Source of the DNA: Geosiphon pyriformis uo1
Lineage: Eukaryota > Fungi > Glomeromycota
Length of the DNA: 64,000 nucleotides
Reading direction: 5' to 3'
Assembly: GCA_016748015.1 (NCBI GenBank)
Contig: JAAOMT010000664.1
Coordinates: forward strand, 194,715-258,714
Part shown: piece after piece, positions 47,937 through 60,036 of the stretch
Position numbering within the stretch: the first letter of the stretch is position 1
Layout: every line of letters begins with the position of its first letter
Program-made: the position numbers and the translations under genes
Notes under the pieces: generated by a model
The model's input: only the letters and a program-made list of their open reading frames with translations
Told to the model about the DNA's origin: nothing
Database searches by the model: none

Positions 47937-49250
47937 ATGGATTTGGACAATTACTCTGCCTTAATGGAATTTTTGGGTAAAGGACAATACCCGCCAGACT
48001 ATACTTAACAGCAAAGAGAACATTTGCGCAAACAATCAAATTTCTATTTGATTCACCAGAACCAATTATATAAAAGAAATAGAAAAAATCTTGACTGCCC
48101 CCAGAGAGTCATTAGATTTGAAGAAAGAGAAATTGTGATCTACAATATGCACACTGATCCATTAGCTAGACACTTTGGAAAAACAAAAATGATTCAGAAA
48201 ACTTTAGCTCGCTATTATTGGCCTATCTTGGAAAAAGACATTGCTGAATACATCAAAACCTGTGATACCTGCCAAAAAAGAGAAAAACCCAATCGCAAGG
48301 AAGATATCCATCCAATCTCTGTTGGTTAATCATTTAACAGAATTGGTATAGATGTTGTTGGACCTTTAACAGTAACTCCTGATGGCAACAGATACATTAT
48401 TACAGCTACCAACTATCTTACAAAGTGGGTAAAAGCAAGAGCCACCCCAGATTAAACAGCAGTCTCAATTGCCAATTTCATTTATGAAAATATCATTTGT
48501 CGCCATGGCTGTCCCAAAGAACTTTTATCTAACAGAGGAAGAGCTTTTCTCAGTACACTGGTTGAAGAACTTTGCAGAAAAATGGGAATACGTCATAAAC
48601 TCTCTTCCCTTTATCACCTCCAAACAAATGGCCTAGTAGAACATTTCAATAGAACACTATGTGAAACCCTAGCCAAAACCAGTGAAGAAACCAACTTATG
48701 GGACAAAGTATTGCTTTCAGCTTTGTTCGCCTACAGAACTGTGAATCATGACATAACAAGTTATGAACCCTTTTATCTGCTTTATGGACAAATAGCAACT
48801 TTACCAATAGAAATGGATATAGAAACAATACCTTTTGAAGAAATAACAATAGGAGATTACAAGGACATTTTGCAAAAAAGACTTGGTACTATTCTTGATT
48901 TATTGGTAAAAACACAAATAATTGCCTTTGAAAAAATAAAACAGTTCTAAGAGAAGCTCAAAAAGAAAAAGACCTATAAAACACTTTTCTTAAGTGTTAG
49001 TGACTTAGTTTTGGAATACCATTCAGACAGAGACAATGTCTATGGTAATAAATTCTCCAGCCACTGGAAAAGATTTTTTATAGTCAACAAAGTTTTGAAC
49101 AATGGTTCATATATCTTACAAGATCAATATGGAACAATATTCAGTGATTGTCCTGTTTATGGCACACGATTCAAGAAATATTACAAACGACCTAATTGGT
49201 TACCTGTTGTGGTAATACCAACCCAAATAATCAGCAAAAATCAGATATAA
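47937..49250 (+). pseudogene. Family A integrase (separate ORF)
   Basis: ATG 47937 MDLDNYSALMEFL; HHCC (HTDPLARH..CDTC); core IDVVG, GLVEHFNRT; GPY/F-like tail; no chromodomain. Confidence 0.87.
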
Positions 49251-49291
49251 ATAAATGCACTATTTCCAAAACAAAGGTATCTTTAATCGAC

Positions 49292-49948
49292 ATGAACAAT
49301 TATTTCCTAGATCAAAACATTCAAAATGCTTTCTATACTCTCCATGAGTACTGGATTAAGAACTATCCAAATGCTACTCTGACTATTGGAAAACAAACCA
49401 CCATAACAGACAACAGTGGAACTCACACTGTTATCAGACTAAAGAAAACAACTACCAGAAGAAAAAGAATTGGTGGCAAAATGGATAAATACCTACTGGA
49501 AGGCATAACAGCAGCGATACTTTCATCTTCCAGCACAATTGGAAAAATAATACAAGAAATCTTGCCCATAGACAAAAACTTGTCATATGGAAGACAACTA
49601 GAACTCTATGGTTGTCTTGGTGAAATTATAGAAGACATGAAGCTCATGAAGAAAACAACTTCAGAGATACAAGGGGAAATTTTGGGCATTATACGATTGG
49701 ATGTCCCAAGAGTTTTGACCATTGCTAGAAGAGCCAGAACTTTTATACAAAGATTTGGTCTCTTGGATACAAAACTTATTTCACCTCAAGTATTATATAC
49801 CCTATCCACAAAAAACTTCAACAAACTAGTTAGTTTTGAGTTAGACAAAACCCTTCACATAGACTATTCCATAAATAGCTTGATTTTGTCAGAGCTCAAT
49901 CTCTTTGGAGAGAATGATGTTATGATTGAAACTCATAGTTTTTATTAG
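49292..49948 (+). CDS. Family A accessory ORF3 (218 aa)
   Basis: Uninterrupted from ATG 49292; stop lies 30 nt inside the 3' LTR. Confidence 0.75.
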   Translation: MNNYFLDQNIQNAFYTLHEYWIKNYPNATLTIGKQTTITDNSGTHTVIRLKKTTTRRKRIGGKMDKYLLEGITAAILSSSSTIGKIIQEILPIDKNLSYGRQLELYGCLGEIIEDMKLMKKTTSEIQGEILGIIRLDVPRVLTIARRARTFIQRFGLLDTKLISPQVLYTLSTKNFNKLVSFELDKTLHIDYSINSLILSELNLFGENDVMIETHSFY

Positions 49949-50583
49949 TTATCACATGTATTAGCCACTGATATCATATAATTAGCCACCCTATTTTTAG
50001 ATAGTGATCATTGATCTGATCAATGACCTGACTGTTGACTTGATCAATGACCTGATCGTTGACCACTTTAGATAGCTATATAAGTGATGATTCCCTTAGC
50101 TGTAGAATAACATGATCAAAGTAACGAAATAAAACAATATCAATTACTTCCTCTCATATCACTTATTTCCCTTTCTTTACCTTCAAGTATCTACTTGTTG
50201 GCATTTACATACCTTATTTTTTCTCCTTTTTGATTTGTATTTGTTAGAATTAGCCTGAGAAGCAATTGGCTTGCTCTTGTAATTCATTGAATAAAGAAAC
50301 GATTGAAAAGTACAACAATACCTGTTATTGATTCTAAGAATTGCCAAGTTGAGGCATAGAATAATAGCAGCAGTGTTATCTTGTTGACAATCATGGACTA
50401 TTTTTCTACCTTCAGATTTAAGAAAAGATTAGCAACTGTGATTTTTATGAAACTAATCACACACATTGAATTCCTACTTATTTAATTCGCTCCCTTATTG
50501 TAATTCCCTTTTTGTTTATTTCCATCACCATACAATACTGTTCTTCCTTGCTATCCATTAGCTTGTTACTCTAACCCGTAACA
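49918..50583 (+). repeat. Family A 3' LTR of copy 3
   Basis: Direct repeat of 42979-43582. Confidence 0.93.
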
Positions 50584-50729
50584 ATGTATTTATTCATTTT
50601 ATTATTAGTTTTTTTTCTAATATTTTTTTTTAATTAAAAAATAATATGTGTTTTATAATTATTAGTTATAATAGTTAAGATAATATTTAAATAGTTTTTG
50701 GTTTAATATTTATGCATTTAATGAGTAAA

Positions 50730-53700
50730 CTGTAACTGCTATCTAATACATAGAACCAAACTAAATGATCCAAACTAAACATAACTCATGTACTTATTAT
50801 ATATAGCTAGTCATTTAGACCAAACAAGACAACACTATACACTTATATTAACCCATACATTATTATTTAGACCAGAAAAAAAATGACATGGCTTGCAATG
50901 ACCAAAGCTAACAGCAAAAAACTTAATAATACTAAGCAACCTAACCATCCTATTAGACAATATTGAGAACACACTATAAGACAGTCCAGAAACTATACCA
51001 CTATTATGAGCCAAACCAATCTTCTCTATTTTCATCCTGTGCTCAGATCTCACCAATTATGTCTTAGTATAATGCAATTCTACAACAAATCTCACATATT
51101 TAACAATCTTAATAGCAGTCTTTTTTCTATCTTTGAAAATACCAAAAGCCTTTTTGCATTATTTTTTCAACACAAATCTCTTATACACAAACCAACATTT
51201 AAAGAACATTGAGAGAAAATTTACAAAATGGCAGAAAAAGACAAATCATGAACACCAGCCAAAGCAGTCTACTATGCAAAAGCCTTAACCAAAATTTTAC
51301 CATAAACAACAACATCCTAAACATAAGTAAAAGCATGATCTAAAAACTTCACTTTACTATACAGCAAACACAGCATACCAGAATAATCCTTATTATACAA
51401 CTTTTTTCTGATTACCACTGGTAGATGTTTGTGTATGGCTTTCATTAAATATGTGCACAAGCTAGAAAACTTCCAACTAGTAAATCTAGCAAGCATATAA
51501 AAATTGGGGTGCCACACTTTTACAGTAGAAATCCAGTTCACACACTTGATCAACATATTTGGAACCACACTGCAGCCAAGACCAGCTTCCCAATGAGCAT
51601 GACAAATAGACCAAAATATATTCCTGACAAAATGATAGGCACTGCCAGACACAGCTGTATTATTAACCACCAAAAAATGCTTCTGCATATTAGCCAGTAA
51701 TGAAAAAAAAGACTGTGCAGCTACCACAGCTGCAAAATCAGTCTTTATATTACTAGTAATCTCAAAATGGTCTTTGACTTTAACCTAATTCACAGTAAAA
51801 TTCTTATCTCTAATCAAATTAAAAATATGTCATCTTTCAATCCAATACTGGTTACAAAAATTAGACACAGCAAATAACAACTCTAACATACATGCATCAA
51901 TAGCAGCTTGGCTGTTAAGATGCAACATCACTGTATTAAAAAATAGGACACACTCCAAAAACAAAACAATAGCTTACAACTTAGTTATAATAGAAAACAG
52001 AAGACCACAAACTGCAACACCAACACTTATACCAAAACCAGAAAGTATGCAACTGCACTATTAGTAACATTAGCAAAGCCAGCATCTCTTAATAAACCAT
52101 CCATATATATTTTAAAAAAACCAGACCAAACCTCATGCAAATTATCTCTTACAGCAAACAACTTTTCAGACTTTAGAATGTTCAAACTATGTAACTAAAC
52201 AAAGTTAACACAGCTAGATAGAGATGAATCTTGACTTATTAAATACTTAGATGAAATCTCAAACCAATAAGAAACAGGGCCTTATAGATTCAGCCTCTTC
52301 CAATAACAAAAAGTCTTTCAATCCAATATACTGCTCTTTTTATTAACAAGCCAATTGCCAAAAGCAACCCCAAAGTGTTTTAGAGAACAAATAGAATTAA
52401 AGTACAAAGCTTTTTCAAGAATTAATGACATCCAAAAATAACCAGGACTATAAAAAGCATTGGAAAGATTGTTTATCAAAGAAAGTTTACTGCCCAAAAA
52501 AATTTTTACCATTCTAGCCAAAAAATTTTTTATTAGATTAACACATAACTTGACAGAAAATTGCAAAGGATCCAAAGAAATCCACTTCAAAACCTATAAG
52601 TCCAAGAATTTATGATTAAATAACCATTTAAGAATGCCTAAGATGTTAGAAAAGAGCACCAAAGAAGCCACCTTTCCTTCAAATTGTATCTGTTTAAAAG
52701 ATTTTAAGCCATACAAAGAAAAATAATATAGAACAGTATCAAAAAAATCACAGAACAGACATGTTTAAGTTTAAGATTTTTCCTAATTATGACATTCTAT
52801 TTGCAATATACATTAGCTGAAACAAAACTAAACTGAGTCTAGTAATCAATTATAGACTGCAAAATAGCCAACACCAAATATGAAAATTGTTTATTTGTAT
52901 TAATCTTTTTAAAAACAACATTAATAAAGAACTAAACATTAGAATAAGCTTTGAATACACTTGGCTTGAATAATTTTTTGATAGACAAAAAAATACCCAG
53001 ATAATAATGTGCTTTACCTTTTTTGGTAATTAAAATTGTCTGATTATTAATACTTAAAGAAACAACTCTAACCTCTTAATTAATAAGAATAGTCACTGTC
53101 TTTTTATTGTTGATAGAAATATTATTAATATCAAAAAACTCACTGGTAATGTTCAAAGCATATTGAGTAGCAGCTTGATAATTTTTGACCCAAATTGTGT
53201 TATCAACAAATACATCAGCAGCAAAATAAGAAGTCATCTCACCACTATTCTCAATTTTGCTCATTTTTAAAACAAACTTAGTATTGATCCAGTATCTACA
53301 CAATTGTTTATGTCTCTTAACTTCACACAAAAGTGGATCATAGAAGATTCTTTACAAAAAAGACAAAAAAACTTTATCTTAATCCAAACTATCATGTACT
53401 CTATAGCCATCTGACAAGCCAAAATCAGTCATCACTTTGTTAATTTTATTCTTATGTATACTGCCAAAAAACTTTATAAATCTGTTACACATCTTAATCT
53501 GCTATAAGCTAGTTTTTAAGTGATACCACTCAACAGAATCATATGCTTTATGCATATTCTGCAAGACCAACCAAAGTTTTTTATTCTTTTTGAGAGCATT
53601 CTCAATTACTGATCTGATAGCAAACACAGGAGACTGTGTGGATGTACTCTTTAATATTAAAAAGTTATTACCATAGAGAACACCAAACTTGTTACATGCA

Positions 53701-56700
53701 AATAAAATATGATTAGATAAAACTTTAAAGAAAATTTTTTTAGCAGTCTTAATCAAAGCTATGGACTGAGTGTTTGTAAGAACTCTATTTTAGTTATAAG
53801 ATTTAGGAATCATTAAAACCCATGTCCTTTTCTATAAAGCAGGAAAACCACCAACAGCCAAACACATATTCAACAGCATTAAAAGCCATCTCAAAACTCT
53901 ATTACTACCATGTTTTTACAGTTTATTGGAAATACCAGACAATTCAACAGTTTTGCCATTGGCCAGACTATTAACAACCAAAAGCAAATTACTCATACCA
54001 ATAAGGCACATTACATCAGAAAAAGCATCATCTCTTATATAATCCAACAGTACATATTGTTGAGCCCAGAGATCAGGTAATACTGAGAACATTTTTTGCT
54101 CTTTTATTCAACTCTCTATAATCTTATTAATATTGTGTTTCATTTTATTTAGCTCTAAAACCAATTTATTATTTATTATCAAATAATCCAAAATCACCTT
54201 GCAAAAAGTTTTGTCCAAAATACTCTTTATTATGCCTTTTTTATTCAAATAAAAGCTTTCTATGTGCCTGTTAATAGTCTTTCTAATAGATGCTTTTTTA
54301 GCCAATTTCAATTCACAAAGCTTAGACTTTCTGTATTTCTTCTAAACTACTGACAAATACCTAAAAATATTCATTGACTTTCCATTATGGTAAACTATGT
54401 TTATAATCTTACAAGTTTCATTAAAATCCAGAGCTAACTAATTCCTAATGAGACACTTGAAATCAAACATATTACCCAAATCCAATTTCTTAATGATTTT
54501 GGCAACTAACAATTCTAATCCAAAAAATTTTAAAGATTGTTTGTTCCTTAAACACTAATATATACTAAACCAATATCTAAAAAATGTCTTATCAGCCAAT
54601 CCCACCACCACCTCTTTTAACAACTCTTACATTATATTCAAATTACCACAAGCCTTCACTACCAAAAACTCACTTTTTACTGCTAACAACTTAATCATAA
54701 AGTACTCTCTAAATTCTACCTATTTAATACTATTTCCATCTTTGATTTTAAATTTTTAATGGTTTTTGTTAGTCTGCTTGTACAAGCTATTCAGATGAAC
54801 ATTCAAAAGCCCACCCAAGTTAATAAACACCATAACAACTTTGTGATCAATATTAAAGAAGCCAGAAACAGAGTCAATTTTATGACCAATAACAGCTAAA
54901 GACAAATTTCTACCAATAAAAATGTAATTAATAGTTTTTTCAACTCCTTGTAAATTGTTTTACATAGAAGTTTTGGCTAAATGATGGCCGAAAAATAAAT
55001 TGACCAAACCTAAATCCAAACAGAACTTGAAACTTACACTTCTCCCAGACCTATTTTTATTAAAATTACCACCCAAAACCACAAAAGCACTGAAGTTAAC
55101 AGTCTTTACAATGAAGAAGTTTATCTCTGAAGCCAGTCCAAATCTAGTCTTAAACAAAACACCAGTATACAAACCAGAACTGTAACCAAAAGCTTGTTTT
55201 TAAACAGAAGCCATATTAAAATAACCCAATTGGAAATTTTCTCCACTTTAGAAACATGACAAGCCAAAAAACTGTTCATAATAACAGCTATTCCAGCACT
55301 AAGAAAACTTTTTTCCAGACCAAATATAAAGATATATACATTCTCAAACTTATTAGCAATCCATGATTTAACACTTGATTGCAACTTAGTTTCCATAACA
55401 AAGATATTATATTACCCAAACTTACATGCCAGCAAATAACATCTTCTTGCTTGACAGAAACATTGATATTCCGAATATTATACATAGCAAATCTCTAAAC
55501 CAGATTACTTATTAAGATATAAGAAAAGCCAATGAACCCAGACCAGTATACAAACAATCTAATCTTTCCAAAACCAAATTTATTGACACTTTTAAAGCCA
55601 TCATTTTTGACTTCAAACCACCTACTTTGAAGGTCAAGACTCTAGAACTACTTAAGCTGAAGCTTACAATTATACTATCAACAATTGAAAGAAGAAAACA
55701 AATGACATCAATGTGTCATCCAAAGCCATATTCACATCCAAACTTGAAACCAAAGATTTAGGAATGACCAAAGAAGAGGAATGAGAAAAGAGTGCCAATG
55801 GCACCAATTCAACAAAACTTTAATTTTCTCAAAATACCAAACATCTGATTAGCCAAAAGCTCCAAAAAGTGCTCCAAAAAATTCAAATAATCAGTTAAAC
55901 AAAAAACATTAAGAGAACTAAAAACCATTAAGATGGGTTTCACACCTAAAGACAAACCAGTATCAAAAAAATCTGATAAAACAACATAAAAGAAAGAGCT
56001 GCCATCAACCTAAACCCATGTTTTGTCATTGAAAGAAACCAAATAATTGATAGATGTCTGTTTCTTCTTATAAATATTGGTTAGACAAATCTGATTTTGA
56101 GAAGTTACCACTCACTTATCACAAACACCAGAATTCCCACACACTAAACAATTAATAAAAACATAATTAAATTGTTTGCAGCTACTACAACAAGCCAAAA
56201 AAAACTAGCCCAACACAAATTTACACTCTTAAAAACAGAAATAGAACCAATAGCAGCCAATCTGAATGCCTCATTACTAAAACAAATTACAACACATCTA
56301 TCACAAACATACATAACTGAATTATGGTCAATAAAACAAGTTTTCTCATCATATAATATCAACAATTCAGACAAATTATAAACTGTTGTGCCAACTAAAA
56401 AAATATACAACAAAGCCCAAAACCAATCTCTTAAAATCCATAATTGTTTATTCTCAACTGCCAAAGCCACACACACAGAATTTTTTCTCATGAATACTGG
56501 TCATTTGAAAACAACCAATCTGACAACATTAGATAATTCAAACTCAATTAAGACTTTTTGCCAAAAACCAATCAATTGCAATTTGATTGAAACCATCTTG
56601 CCAAATTTGGAAAAAACTAATTCTACAGCCAACTTTGGAAGATTAACTGGAATTTTCTTGGCAATTATTTTCCAATTCAAATAGCTGTTTACTTTTTTTA

Positions 56701-57500
56701 TATTATCATTAACCAAAATCTTCTTACAGATTGCCAAATCTTTGGCCTTATTCAAGCTAGATTCTGATGTAAAAGATAATCTAATAATTTCTGAAAATTT
56801 TGAAAGAATGGAAGTTTTCTCAAAACCATCAATTCAATAGAAATTTTTTTTAACTGCAATCAATTTATTACCATTAGTTTTGTCCAGCATAGCAGAAAGT
56901 TTAATATCTAACATAAAAGATTTAACTGGTTCGAAATTACACCTATTCAAAACACATGACTTAACAGATAGCAAACACTTAGCACCAGAAAATTTAAGAA
57001 CCAGAAGTTTTAAAATATTATTATTGTTATCATCTAAATTATTAAAAAAAATATTTTTAGATTTGTTGCTTAAAACATATGTCCTAGTACAAGTTTTTCT
57101 GGGTGTGGTATCATCAATATAGCTGGTCTTTTTTGCAACTGTATTTTTTATGTTTTCTAAGTTTAATACACTGCTGATGCTATTTGTTATACTGTTTACT
57201 TCATTACTCCAGGACCTCAAAGGCTTGTTGCCATTGGTAATCATATCTACAAGAAACAGAGAGCCAGCAAATATCTTAATCATATTGCTAACAATGATAA
57301 GTTTCTTGGATTTCTTATAAGAGACACTATACAAATAAGCACTTACCAACTGTTTGGTTTTGACACCAGACCAGGTTTTCAATCCAGCCAAAGTAGCCAC
57401 CAACTTATTAGTAAAAAAGTCTATTGAATCCATATTCATGAACAAAGACATATTAAAAGAAATAACTGCAAAGATAAAGGGAATAGGAAATAAAAAAAAT
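50730..57500 (-). mobile_element. Full-length but heavily decayed LINE (ORF1 RRM; ORF2 APE-RT-RNase H-Zn finger)
   Basis: ORF1 remnants 57451-55510 (KIPVNLPK..FGK..WQKVLIEF). ORF2 remnants: MYNIRNIN/ETKL (APE), LGGNFN, LQNMHKAYDSV and FVDNTIW (RT), YMDG (RH), CLLYSKV..DHAF. The 3' UTR resembles 40263-40382. Ends approximate. Confidence 0.85.
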
Positions 57501-57539
57501 TTATTTCTTTGATAAAATTCAGCTCTAGTTGCAATTAAA

Positions 57540-59100
57540 AAATTAACAAGAAAAAGATTTATTATGTATTTGGTTTAATACTTATAAAAAATTTAAAAAA
57601 CATTTTAAATATTTTAATTTAAAAATTATTATTTATATTAATTAAGGATATTTTTGTTTTAAAAATAATATATTTATTTATAATTAATTTTTATTGAATT
57701 TTAAAATTGATATTATAATAATAAATAACCAATTAAATTATATATAATAAACAAATTAATTATTAAAAATTGTATTATATTAATCTTGTAAAATATAAAA
57801 ACTATTATTTAAACTTTTTTTAATTATAAATAGTCTTTTTTATTAATTAAAAAACTTATAAATATAAATATTATTTTCGTTTAAACAGTATTTTAAGCTT
57901 AATTAAAAAAATATACAGAGTAAATAATATTAGTTTTAATTAAGTATTTATTTAAAACTTAAATTTAAAATTGTTTACTAAATTAATTTTTAACAAATTA
58001 AACAGAAAAACAAAAAATTAAATTCATTAAAATTTAGATTATTTTTATTGTTTATTACAAAGTAGTTTTTAATTGTTATAATAATAAATAGATAAAATTT
58101 GATAATTTTATAAAAAATACCACTTTTATATTATAAATTTAAGTAATAAGCTAACAAATAATAAGAAAAAAAATAATTAAAAATGATAATTACAAAAAAA
58201 ATTTAATAAAAAAATTTGAAAATAATAAAATAATTTATAATTGTTAATAAAATAATATTACTGTTATTATTCTATGTTTTACTTTAATAATTTTTAGAAT
58301 TAATAATAGAAATTATCATATTTTTTTATTTAATAAATTACAAAAACAAACAAATAAATTTTAAGTTAATTCTAATAAGAAAAAAAATAATATAAATACT
58401 AATATATAATTTTTTATTTATAAATATTTAAATACTTGAAAATAAAAAATTGGAAAAAAAATATAAAAAATAAATAAATTATGTGTTTATTGTATTTAAT
58501 ATTTAGATTTTATGTTTTTTTATAATTAAAACATTTATTATATATATATTTATTAAAAAAGATTAATAATTAAATTAATAAATAAGTTAATTGCCAAATT
58601 ATTTATCAGATCAATAATTATTATTTAAGTAATTATATTATATTGTTAAAGTTTTTTTAAAAAATAATTATAATAAAAATAAAAATAGTAAAATAAAAAT
58701 TTTTTAACTTGTTTTAACTCTTTGTATATATAATTGTTTTAATATTAAATAAGTATTAGCTTAGTTAAACAACTACTTGTTTTTATTTTTTGTAAATTGT
58801 AGCTTATTTAGTTTTTTGGTTTAATAAATAAAAACTGTATTTTTGTTTTTAAACTTACTTTTAAATCAATTTTTATAAATTAAATTTTACTATAAACCAT
58901 TATAAACAATTTTCATGACTTGTTTATTTAATTTCAATTATTTGATATTAATACTTGGTTTGATATTGTTAAGCAGTAAGTTAAAAAATTACTTGTTATT
59001 TATTTTTTTTGCTTTTCATTAAAAACACAAGTATAAAAATAATTCTCTTAATAGCAGAAATAAAGAAAATGGAAGTAATGATAATGTTACCATTTTGAGT
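57540..59100. other. Extremely AT-rich non-coding tract between the TE nest and the host gene
   Basis: Almost no G/C, no ORFs; probably a terminally decayed repeat. Confidence 0.6.
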
Positions 59101-60036
59101 ATTTATTTTCGCAACTGATTCGTATTTTTATTTAGTAAAGCTTTTCATTGGTTAAAATGTGATTTTCTATAAGCTGTAAAACACCTGTGAATCAAATAAA
59201 TGTGATTAAGAATGCGTGGACATGTAAGATGTTGTGAGCGCATCATTGTGCTGCTATTTGTCTATTTTTTGGCAAGATAAAATGAGATTTCGAAGAATTA
59301 ACAAATATAGCGAAAAATTACAAAAGGAAAACCAGCAACGAAAAGAAGGGATCATACAAAATAAAAAGTGTAAGGGAATGGAAAAATCATATACAGAAGA
59401 AAGGGAAAATAACAAGGGGAATTAAAATTTTTCTGTCAACAAAAACAAAGAAAAACTATGTACTATATTGAAAAGAGAAGAAATCGGGATTGAAGGAAAT
59501 CGTTCCAATTTAAAGAACTAAAGCGAAAGGGACAGATTTACATGACGTTTTTAGCTAAAGAACATCTCACTTATCTCCCTGGCTAAGCAAGGGGACCAAA
59601 TTTTCAGAAAACACCTAATGCAAATTCCCAGATATCAATCAGCTAAGCAAGAAGTCGACCCAATTCTCAAAAATCTCATACACCACCTAATGCAACTTAT
59701 ACTATTCGAGTCCGATCCTTTCCGAGCTAAATTGCTCAAGAAAATTCGTTCACCGAAACATATAAAAAATAAAAATAAAAATAAAAATAAAAATAAAAAA
59801 ATTCATCTACAAAAATCTCGACCAACAGACAAAAAAACTGCCTGATTTTAGAGTATCAAACTCAAATAATCGATTCGAATAAAACGTCCTTTTCAATTTT
59901 TGTAGGCAAAATTTTGTATAGTTTCACGAATTAATAAATAAGGTGAATTGAATCAAAGATAAACCACCCAAGGATATGTTGAATGCTTTGAAAATTTTAG
60001 ACAGAACAATGGTGATTAAAAGGGAATTGAAATCTT

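Larger units (their letters stand above)
42979..50583 (+). mobile_element. Gypsy family A copy 3, essentially full length (5' LTR start lies in the gap)
   Basis: 5' LTR to 43582, PBS 43589-43605, gag, PR-RT-RH, IN, ORF3, PPT, 3' LTR 49918-50583 (TGTTA...TAACA). Confidence 0.95.

Noticed and set aside
49011-49250. Chromodomain at the integrase C-terminus
   Set aside because: The tail matches a GPY/F (SH3-like) motif and ends; no YLVKW-type aromatic cage.
59234-59845. Short ORFs 59234 and 59618, and an imperfect duplication (GCTAAGCAAG...CACCTAATGCAA)
   Set aside because: Low-complexity (AAAAAT repeats), no motifs; probably 3' UTR or intergenic DNA downstream of the RhoGAP gene.
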